From the NCBI RefSeq assembly GCF_009914755.1, contig NC_060946.1: 64,000 nucleotides of DNA. One strand, written 5' to 3'. Shown here piece after piece: positions 52,421-64,000 of this stretch. The notes under the pieces are model-generated. The model saw only the letters and a program-made list of their open reading frames with translations. It was not told where the DNA came from and searched no databases. A program made the position numbers and the translations under genes. Numbering within the stretch: the stretch's first letter is position 1; every line of letters starts with the position of its first letter. This stretch comes from the human T2T-CHM13v2.0 reference genome, Homo sapiens.

Positions 52421-52949
52421 CATATACATGTATCATATACACCTATATCCATAGGATACACATCTTTCTCCACCCCTCATGCCCTCTGCTTCAGCACAGT
52501 GCCTTAGCACATGCTTGTTTTCTCAGCCCGGGACACTCCTTCCCGCATGCGTCAGCAGTTTCTTCCTGACCCTGTCTGAGCTCCCAAGGTGGGCCTAACT
52601 CCAGCTACAAATCCTTAGCACTCCCAGAACTTCTCCCTCGAAAAACATGTTATCTTAAGTGAAATAACTCTCAGTTTCTTTATCTGTGAAATGGAGCCAA
52701 TATGATACCTCCCTTGCCAGGTCACTCTGAAGATTCAGTAAGGCCCTGGCTGGCCATGTGTTCAGCTAGTGGCCCAACATGTACCAAAGGCTCAGTAAGA
52801 GGAAGGCTGTGTATCTGTTTTAATGAAAAGTCAAAGCTCTTTACCACTTGTCGCCCAGATCTGAGCACTCGTTAGGCATTCTGGCCTATGACAGAGATGG
52901 ACACCTCAGAAGGGGCTCAGGAGGGTAACATAGGAGTTTATTGAAAGGA

Positions 52950-53520
52950 ACTCAAGTGCAATGAAAAGAATAAAAGCAGGATGTGGGAGTGACTGGGACA
53001 GTAGAGGCAAGAGGCACCTTAGTTGTGGTGGCCACGGAAGGTCTCAAAATGAAATCTGAGTGACAAGAAGGAGCCAGCCGAGTGCAGCATGATCCTGCAG
53101 AGGCAATAGGTGGGGCAAAGGCCCCGAGGTGGGAAGGAGCTGAGTGCTTCCAAGGAAGAGAAGTAAGGTCAGTGTGGCTGGAGCAGAATAGATATGAGCA
53201 GGACTGGCAAGGCCTGAAGTCAGAGAGCTGGCCGGAGACTGGGTCGGGAGACACTTGTAGGCTGGGGTAGCATGGAGTGGGCTGGAATAGGATGGAGTCT
53301 GTTCCCAGTGCAAAGAAGAAGCCATTGGCAAGTTTAAGAAGATATAAGATCCGTTTTAAAAGTTCTTTGATCCTAAGGGGAACAGTTTGGAAGGCCCCAG
53401 AGTGGAAGCTGGGAGACCAGGGAGAAGGCTATTGTGATAACAAGGTCTCTGGGTCGTGGGATGAAGGGCAGATTCTAGAGAAATAATGGAGGGACTTGTG
53501 ACAGAATGTGCTGGCAGGTG
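52950..53520 (-). mobile_element. L2 fragment (continues at ~54056-54210)
   Basis: gcaaaggccccgaggtggga...cagtgtggctggagcag...gaagccattgg...; resumes with gtggtgccactgagatggggaagac after the MLT1. Confidence 0.7.
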
Positions 53521-53521
53521 G

Positions 53522-54055
53522 TGTCTCCATTGCTTATTGTGTGTAACAAATCACCCAAACTTAGTGGCTGAGAACAACAATCATTTGATTGCTAATGGTT
53601 CTGTGGGTTAGGTGGGCTCAGCAGGGACGGTTCATCTCAGCTCTACAGGGTGTTGCAGGGGTAATTCATAAGGCTACATACACTCAGCTGGGGGCTGAAC
53701 TGGCCTGGAAAATTCCAGCTGCATCTACCCATGCCTGAAGCCTTGGGGCTGGCTGTCAAGTGGGGCACCTCAGTCCCTTCTAGGTGGCCTCTTTGTCTAA
53801 CAGGATAGCCTTGGCTTCCTTCCCTGGCAGCTTAGGGGAGCAGAAGAGTGAAAGTGAAAGTCGCTAGGCCTCTTGAGGTCTAGGCCCAGAAGCACTGGAG
53901 TCACTTCCACCACATTCTGTTGACTACAGTAATTCACACGGTTGAGTCCAGGCTCAAGAGCAAGGAAAATAGACTCTGCCTACTGGTGGGAGAAGCAGCA
54001 TGCACGTACTGGTGGGAGGAATTGATGGCCACCATATTTGCCAATGACTAGCACA
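53522..54055 (-). mobile_element. MLT1H-type MaLR LTR nested in L2
   Basis: tgtgtaacaaatcacccaaacttagtggctg...gtcacttccaccacattctgttg...gggaggaattgatggccaccat. Confidence 0.8.
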
Positions 54056-54529
54056 GATGGGATGTGGGTGGGGGTGGGGGGTGGAACTCAAGACAATGCC
54101 CAGGGCTTTGGCTGAGCCCTGGGTGCACAGTGGTGCCACTGAGATGGGGAAGACCCAGGGAGGACCAGCTTGACGGAAGGGAAGGGAATCAGGAGTTCTG
54201 CTTGGGCTGTGTGGATGCCAAGCTGCCGGGTGGTTGATGGAGCATCCCCCGTAACAAACAGGACTGCATGTGGAAGAGGAGGGAGCTCCTTGTATGTGCA
54301 ATGACCCTAAGAGTTAAGGCTAATTTGCCCCATTCTAGACATGAAAGAGCCTGAGGCTCACAGCATTTTACCCACAGTCACCTGACAATTTAGTCTCAGA
54401 ACAGTGATTTGAACCTTGGGTGAGAAGCAAAAAGCATTTGATCTTCCCCCTCTTGCTCATCATGGACCTAAGGGAGGCTGGTTGGGACATAGTGTGTTTC
54501 TATTACAAACGAAAGCGATCACCGCTGTG

Positions 54530-54735
54530 GTGTTCCTTCAGGGCTCACCATGCACCAGGCATTGCTAACTTGTCATCCCAACAACGAAGTAGAATAGGCA
54601 CTGTTACTGTCCGCATTTTACAGAGGAGGGAACTGAGGCTCAGAGAGGGGAAGTGGTTGGCCCAAGGTCACACAGCTGTCGCTCTTCAGAGATAGGAATC
54701 CAACTCAGGCCTATAAGACCTCAGAGCTTGCAACC
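54530..54735 (-). mobile_element. MIR
   Basis: cattttacagaggagggaactgaggctcagagaggggaagtggttggcccaaggtcacacagct. Confidence 0.85.
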
Positions 54736-54812
54736 ATTCACCTCACCCATCTGTCTATCATTTGGGACTCATGGCATGGCAACCCTGTGAAACTTTGCCC
54801 AAAAATCTACAT

Positions 54813-55048
54813 CAACGGTTGGCAAACCACAGCCCACCGTGGGCCAAATCCAGCCCACTTCCTGTTTTTGAAAATAAAGTTTTATTGGAACTCAGCCACA
54901 CTCATTTGGTTCCATATTGTCTGTGATACCTTTCGTGGAATGGTGGCAGAGTTGAGTAGTTCCAACTGCTACTACTGCATATCCAAAAACATGTACTGTG
55001 TAAAGGCCCTTAGAGAACAGTTTTAGAGAAAAGGTGTACCAAGCCCTG
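54813..55048 (-). mobile_element. MER58A
   Basis: ggttggcaaac...gggccaaatccagccc...aaataaagttttattggaac.cagccaca. Confidence 0.82.
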
Positions 55049-57113
55049 ATCTAGAACAAAGACAGTAGGATCCTGGCTCTTCATTATGGAAATGAGGAGA
55101 GTGATGCCTGAGGGGGCATCCCTCAGCTGAGGCCACAGAGTGGCAGGGCAGGGACAAGAGCAGAGGCCTCGGGACTCTGTCCCTCACTCATGTAGCTGAT
55201 GGAGCTCTCAAGAAGAAATATACTGCCAGGCTGGGACTCAGGAGAGATATGCTTTCATGGGAAGGCAAGGGAAACTGAGAAAGGCTCTTTGCCCAACTCA
55301 GAGGAAGTTCTCATCCAGTAGAGATGAAAAGCCAGAGATTTGGGCTGCTCTGAAGTTTTTTGCTGGACTGGTTTTCAGGCAGCTCACCCACCCTGCCCCT
55401 TTCTCTTCAGCTCAAGGGCTCCTTCCAGGGCTCTGGCATGTTCTAGAGAATGTAGCCCCTGACTTTCTAAGTCATCAGGGACCTCCGCCCCCAAGGGAGC
55501 CCATCTTGCAAGGACTCTTGGAATCGAATGAAAGGTCAGCGAGAAACCCAATCTGGGCTATCAGGTGGGGGCTTAGCCAGCACCTCTTTCTCCCCGAGAT
55601 GGGCAAGATCGCTTTTCCTCTCACAGCCGACGACCATGCATTCCAAGCACCAGTTGGATACTCCCAGTCGAAAATAAAAGTCCTTCGAACATTGCAGAGG
55701 TTCAGAAGACTTCTTTTAAAAGTAACCCCCCAAACAGCGGCTTTGCAAGCCACCCACAGACAGAATCAAGCTCCATTTGTTTCCAGAAGGCCGAGGGGCA
55801 GGGGCTTCGAAAAAAGAACCTTCTCTGAAACTCACGGGGAGGTGAAGGCGGGGTCAGAGGGCACATTCCGATTGCTAAGATGCATTGACGAGAGCCCAGG
55901 TCCCCCTGGGCCCTGCCAGGAGACCTGGAGAAAAGGAGGGGGCTACAGCAGGGGGCACCGGGGCCTACAAGGCAGCCGGCCTCAGAAACACTCCCCCGGG
56001 AGCTGGCCACAAAGAGTCGGAGAGCAAACCATCCTCCCTAGCTGGGCCCCTACCTCCTGCAGATATACCGAAAAAGAATCCTCAGGTCTTCTGGAAGGAA
56101 CAGAAAGCAGCGAGGTTTTGCTAAGAGGGTTATTTATTATTTATTTATTTTTGATTGGTTTGGTTGGTTGCATTTTGCCCCAAAATCGGAAGCTGCAAGG
56201 GGGAGTGATGAGCTGGGCAATGTTTTGTTTCTTTACCATTTGCAAGAGGGGAGCAGGCAGGATGGACAGGATGTTCTGGAATGAGTCCTGGTTCGGCCGT
56301 CCAGGGCTGGGTGATCTTGGACAGACGTCCTCACCCCTCTGAGCCTTGGCTTCCTGCACCTTGACTGGGCCCCTAGTTCCTGCCTCCCGAGGTTGAGACT
56401 GTCCACTAAGATGACAGAAGGGTACAAGCGCCTGTGTGTGGCTAGCACAGAGGAGCTGCTCTGAAATGCTGAAGGTGACAGTAGCTAGAGGGTCAACTGG
56501 GAGGCAGGATGGCACGGGAGTCTGTGAGTTGAGGCCCCAGTGCTGGGCAGGGAGGAATTCTGCTCGGAAAGAAGGAGCAGCTGGTGAAGTGATCTTGAAC
56601 TATGAAGTGGCTCAAACAGAAAGAAGCTCTGAGAGCATCTTCTGAAAATCTTTCCAGAGGTAAACTGAGGCTGAGAAACACATGGGCAAGTTAGTGAGTG
56701 AACTCTTGGTGTCATCTAATGCCCCAGTCCATAGTTTTCTTAGCTCACCTTCTCTTGGAAGCACTTTGGCCAAACGCTTCGGTCCATCCCTTTAAAGGTG
56801 GGTCAGGGGTACCTCTTTTCCCTTCAGAAAAGTGGGGCTGGGGGGGAGGTTACCTAAAATATTAAGAAATGAGGAAAGAAAACTTGCCTTACTCCCTACT
56901 AAGGAGAAGAACTCACAGCCTATGTATTTTGGCCTCCGCTGGAAAATAGCACAGAAAATAATAGCCCATTATTCAAAATAAATTCAAGGAGCTTGATGGT
57001 GGAGTCACTCTGGGCTGGGGCAGCCCAGGAAGCCTTGGGCCCTGCAACTCCTGTAGGTGCAGAGGGAAAAAATAACAATAGGCAATGGGGAGTGAATTTA
57101 TAAGACAACTTCT

Positions 57114-57404
<291 letters not shown>

Positions 57405-57748
57405 TCACCTCTGTTGACAAATAACTGGGAACTGAGTTCCATGTACTTAGGGGGAAATAGTATAGCACAGTGGCTCCTCATGGGGACTGAACCTCCACAG
57501 GATGAATGAGTGATCTCATTTTCTCCAATGAAATTGTCAAGATTGGAGGTGATGAAAAGGCCCTGGGGTAGGTAACCCCAGCTCATGGGTCCTTCCTGGG
57601 TGTTTCCCAGCATGTGTGTCATCCCTGTTTCTTGCACAGTGCCTGGGACCTGGCCTACACTGCTCTCATACAAACTGCTCACTAATAGGTGGCTCCAGGC
57701 ACTGAAAAAGGAAGGCCACATCTCCAACTGCTCCCTCTGGGTCCTTAA

Positions 57749-58507
<759 letters not shown>

Positions 58508-58544
58508 CATCAGCTCTTTCTGGGCCTCTCTTAAGAGAGGACAC

Positions 58545-58866
58545 TTTTTTATTATACTTTAAGTTCTAGGGTACATGTGCACAATGTGCATGTTGGTTAC
58601 ATATGTATACATGTGCCATGTTGGTGTGCTGCACCCATTAACTTGTCATTTACATTAGGTATTTCTCCTAATGCTATCCCTCCCCACTCCCCCCACCCCC
58701 CGACAGGCCCCAGTGCGTGATGCTCCCCACCCTGTGTCCAAGTGTTCTCATTGTTCAGTTCCCACCTATGAGTGAGAACATGTGGTGTTTGGTTTTCTGT
58801 CCTTGCAACAGTTTGCTCAGAATGATGGTTTATGAGTTCATGTCCTTTGTAGGGACTTGGATGAAG
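58545..58866 (-). mobile_element. L1PA (about PA4-PA6) 3' end with a 35-bp 5' inversion
   Basis: ttattatactttaagttctagggtacatgtgcacaa...; inverted piece at 58832-58866; TSD aagagaggaca. Confidence 0.93.
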
Positions 58867-59309
58867 AGAGGACAATTATCGTTCCCACCACATAGGGTTG
58901 GCGGAAGGATCCTGAAGCTGCGCAGTGGCCCCTCTACTGGGATGTCTCTGAGAATCAGCCCCCTAGAAGATGCTAGTGGTGACAGGGCACCAGGGGGAAG
59001 TGTAAAGGGTAATTCCCTGAAAATCATCCTGTTCCACATGCAAATGAGAGGCAAAGCCCACCCTAGGCTGGTGCACAGCCCTTCAGAGTTTGCAATATGC
59101 TTTTCCTTCCCAAGAGCTCCCTGGCTTCTCTGAGTGGCCTCAAAAGGGAGGGAGGAGAGGGATTCTTATCCCCACTGGACAGATGAGAATCCTGAGGTCA
59201 GAGAGGACCAGGAGGACTAAGCTGGAAGTAACACTGGACAGGAGACAGGAGTGACTGATGGAAGCCCTGTCTCAAGGGCCAGGCTGTGGGGGAACAAATC
59301 ATGGATCCA

Positions 59310-59510
59310 CTACAGATTAGCTGTGTGACCCTCAGTAAGTGACTTAACCTGTCTGTGCCTCAGTCCCTTCATCTGTCAAATGCGGATACTAATAAATTCC
59401 TACCTCCTGGGGCTATTGTAAGGAATAAATGAGTCGGTGATCATAAAGTACTTAGAACAGGCCCCAGTGCACAATAAGCACGAGAACTGTTGGTTTTTAT
59501 TCTTATGGTT
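59310..59510 (+). mobile_element. MIR
   Basis: tagctgtgtgaccctcagtaagtgacttaacctgtctgtgcctcagt...aaagtacttagaacag. Confidence 0.85.
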
Positions 59511-61419
59511 GTCGTCGTCATCATCATCATCGTCATCATCCTTGCCCCACAGCCAACCAGCGATGGGAACTTGGGTACGTTCCTTTTCCTCTCTGCGCCT
59601 CAGCTTCCCCACAGGCAGAATGATCTTGGTTTGATGGTCTCTAACAGTTTAGTGTGTCCAGAATTCCTGCTTCCATGCCCAACGTACAGACGAGAAGCCG
59701 GGTAGAAACTGGGGGCTCACAGAGTCCCCGCAAGAGACCACCTTCTCTTTTCTAGGTCTCAGTTTCCCCATCTGCCAGGTGAGGAGGTGAACAAGCAATG
59801 CCCTGAGAAACACAGAGCACTGTGACCTCCCCAGATCCCCAGAAGCCTGTGGAGCCCTGGGGGAAACCGAGTCACCTGGCTTCAACTGCCCTTCTGCAGT
59901 GTCCCAGGCCTAAGGTCAGAGCAGGGTACAAAGGGTTAATCCCCATGGGCAAGGTGAAGGGAGCCCTGTGTGCCGTTTTCTGACCCTGGTCTCCACAGCC
60001 AGAGCCCCGGAGGGAAGAGCCCCATGTTTGTGTTGGCACCTGGGCCAGACGGTGGGAGGAACCGGCACTCAGTGGGGCCTGGAAAAGTCGGCTCATCCTG
60101 CAGCAGGGCTGGGCCAGCCTCACCCGGGTCCCTGTTCCGCCACCTGCTGCCCCATTACCTAAGCCCCACACAGGACATGAGCACATGGGCCGGGCGTGAA
60201 CAGCAGCAGCAGCTCAAACAGGACGGCCATTCACACAGCCGCCCCCAGCCCGGCCCAGACACAGCCCCAAGTGGGGTCTGCAGCCGGCCTTCTCTTGCTC
60301 TGCCATTCACCATGAGGCCTGTGGGTGCCAGGCATGGAAGGAGCACACCTGGCAGGGGAGAAGGGGACAAGACAAACCAAACGTGTGCCCCCGACCCCCG
60401 AGAGCTCGTGGGCCAGGAGGAAACGTGCTTTAACAGGGGTGTGAGGCACCAGTGATTAAGGAGCAAGAGGAACGTTCCAGAGACTGAGGAACGGGGGCCT
60501 CCATGAAGGCTTCTTGGAGAGTACAAGCCCTGAGCCCATTTAGGAGCTTGTCCAGGAAAGGTGATGGCTTCAGGGAGGACCACGGAAGGCTGCAGAACAA
60601 ACACAACACTTGAACTGACCCTCGAAGGATAAGGGGACGTTTGACTCATTACACAAATAAGGGAGGACTCCAGGTGGAGAGAGCTGCATGCGCAAAGCCT
60701 TGGCGGTGTGAGGCCCTAGGAGGGTGGAGCACACCTGAAGCATCACATGGGCATCTCTGACTGGGAGGGGAGGAGTATTCCCTGCAGTGACAGCCACAGC
60801 CCCCTCCTCAAGCAAAGCTGTGGGGTACTGTGGTCTGAGTGGCAGACTCAGGCCCAGATCTCCTGGGGGTAAACCCCTGCTCCACCCCTTGCCCTCTGTG
60901 AGACCTTGGGTGAGCTCTGAGCATGGCAATTTGTCTTGCCTCAGTGTCCTCATCTGTAAAATGGGCACAGTCAGTGGGTTACAGATGAGGTAGAGTGTGC
61001 CTGACTTAGGTAGACTCCCTAAGTGGGTGGCCTGCCCTCCTTTAGCCCTGGGTCTCCCTCCCAGAGGCACTGAGCGGAGGCTGGGAGGCCTGGTTCTAGG
61101 CCTGCCCCACTGAGCAGCTCCTCGTGCCTCTCTGGCCCTTGGTTTGCTCATCTCTGAAATGGGCTATCCTCTACCCCTGATCACCACGATTGTACTCATG
61201 ACGGTCCCTAGGATGGGAAATCAAAAGGCGCTTTGCCAATAATGGAATTTGTTTTCTTACCGGGTCCCAGACTGGGGCTCTGGGTTGACACCAGCCTGGG
61301 CTCCAGTCCTCACAGCAAGTCACTTTGCCTCCTTCTGCCTCAGTTTCTGCATCTACAAAATCAAGGCCACTGCACTGCCTGCCTCACAGTGGTGAGAATG
61401 AAATGAACTAGACAGGAAC

Positions 61420-61552
61420 CATCTCTGGGGCTCCTCCAAACACAGACTGCTGGACCCCACCTTCACAATTATCATTCAGAGTTTGCATTACTGACGAGCT
61501 CCGAGGTAATACTAATGCTGCAGGTCCAGGGGCCACACTTTGAGAACCGCTC
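61420..61552 (-). mobile_element. MER5A fragment
   Basis: cagactgctggaccccac...aatgctgcaggtccaggggccacactttgagaaccgc. Confidence 0.65.
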
Positions 61553-61557
61553 ATCTA

Positions 61558-61915
<358 letters not shown>

Positions 61916-62747
61916 TTAAAGGCTTAACACACCTATACTAATATAGGAAGCATTCAAATTATAGCTCAGGACAATCATATTCCTGTTTCAGTTTGAACTT
62001 CTGGCCATGTAGATCCTGAAATTTGACCCAGACCCTGTGCCCAGTTTTATGCCAGCCCTAGGCCCCCAGCCAGGTGGTCACAGCCCTGCGTCAGCAGCTG
62101 CAGCCCGTGAGCTCCTCAAGATTCCCCCTAGTAGTGTGCCCAGCTGTGACCTCTCACACAGAAGGAGGCAAAACAATTAGCTTCTGGGGAGGTATGAGCC
62201 AGTCTCAGGCCCTGTTCCTCCTCCCTACCCCCACCCACCTCCCTACCCCCAACCTTCCCCTTCACTCCCCTGCTCCCCCACAGCAAAAAGACCTCTAAAA
62301 GGAAATTTGAGCTGCCCCTTTCTCTCCCTTCCCCTTTATCCTGCCCAGGCTGGGGGCTGTCACTGGAGCTGTTTGCTCTCCCCAGGCAAGCCCAGACACC
62401 CTTCCCTGGAGCCATCCCTCGGGGTCCCTTCCTTCCCTAGAAAATGTCCGAGCCAGTAAGGAGATTCAGACATTCATATGCCCCTCCAGGGCAAAGCTCA
62501 GCTTGCTGGGATGGCAGGTGACATTCTGGGTCGCTGCTAGCAAACTGAGAAGGCTTAGGGCCAGACAAGGAAGGTAAATATATAACTGAACAGAGTGCAA
62601 GGCAGTAGGGCATGGTGGGAACTGTGGCAAACAGCAGAGCAAAGGCCCTTCCTGCTCTACAGTTATCGCCAGGCAGGAATGTGGGCCCAGAATGCACACT
62701 TCTTATTTCTTAGAGCAAAACTGCAAGTTTAGTTTTTAAAAATGTTT

Positions 62748-63085
<338 letters not shown>

Positions 63086-64000
63086 TTATTGCCTTTTAAA
63101 ACCCTACAATGGCCTAGTGAAAAATATCTGAAGCTGGATTTGACCTGTGAGACAGCAGTTTGTGACCTGATTCCACGTCAGTGTGTCCTGCAGACCAAGA
63201 ATTCCACAAAATAGTCACTGATAAAAGCATCCCCTGGTCAATACCACTGGGCAACTCAGCACTCTTAATCCCCTCTGGGAATCCCAGAGTTTATTAGCAT
63301 ATTAAAGGCTCTGAAAAGGTCTGTAAGAAAGAGATCTGATTAACTTTGTGAAGACCAGAAGGGCATTAGTGCTCCATAGGACCTGTCGTGTGACATAGCC
63401 CCTCATAGAGCTGTGATCTCTTCAGCGTGCTCACCATTTCAAAGGGTCACAGGCCCCCGGAGGCCCATCTCAGCCCTGAGTTAGGAACCTACCTCTTTCA
63501 TCTGCTAATCTGACAATAGTTATGAAGCCTGTTTCTGGGACAGGCATGGTGTGAGCACCAGGGACACAGTGATGACCTGACAGGTGTATGTCCCCTGCCC
63601 TGCTTTGTAGAGACCACACCTAATGGCCCCTTTCTGTAGGTTTGCTCTCACCTCCAACTCCAGCCCTTCCAATCGCACAGCATTAATGCACACATAAAGG
63701 ACTTGTCAGCCCAAAGCAGGCACTGGTGTTCTCTCCCAGAAGAGCCAGGTTCTATCCTGGCTCTATCCTGAACACACTGTGAGACATCCAGTTTACATTT
63801 AGCCATCATATATCTGCTGGGCAGCTACTATGTCCAGGCACTGAGCTCAGTGCTAGGGACAAAGGCAAGAAGAGGAGAGACTCCAAGAGCTGGCTCTGGC
63901 CATCATGGAACCTGCAGCAGAAAAGAGAGACAGAAAATAATAATAATAGTAAGGAACAGCAAGGACCAAAACACAAAATAATTAAGTTGTTCTTGGGTTT

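Noticed and set aside
59400-59705. Poly-Asp, poly-Ser and hydrophobic ORFs
   Set aside because: Short (TCA/TCG)n at a MIR tail
59968-61151. Overlapping 160-190 aa ORFs in a GC-rich stretch
   Set aside because: High GC lowers stop frequency, MIR sequence is included, and no domain or exon structure is recognisable

Overview
Primate (human-like; AluY and L1PA present) non-coding euchromatic DNA, either intergenic or deep intronic. I could not name the locus. I found no supportable protein-coding exon, RNA gene, CRISPR array or prokaryotic system, and almost all ORF-track entries come from repeats or low-complexity sequence. The window holds about 22 Alu copies or fragments, many MIR and L2 relics, MaLR (MLT1) and ERVL (LTR16/LTR33) solo LTRs, hAT and Tigger MITEs, several L1 3' ends, two long (GGAT)n arrays and a 385-bp (TTTGG)n array. 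Between the repeats lie several AT-rich unique islands dense in homeodomain, SOX, FOX and RFX motifs, which resemble developmental enhancers. Most notable structures: (1) a 270-bp two-part templated insertion at 36716-36985, copied from 39655-39682 and 38500-38741 in permuted (circle-junction) order, that splits an LTR33; (2) a local inverted duplication inside an old L1 (46812-47465) with a tandem duplication over its junction; (3) a miniature twin-primed L1PA insertion; (4) a 361-codon ORF in mostly unique sequence. Repeat subfamily names were assigned by eye from remembered consensus sequences, and boundaries of old repeats are approximate.
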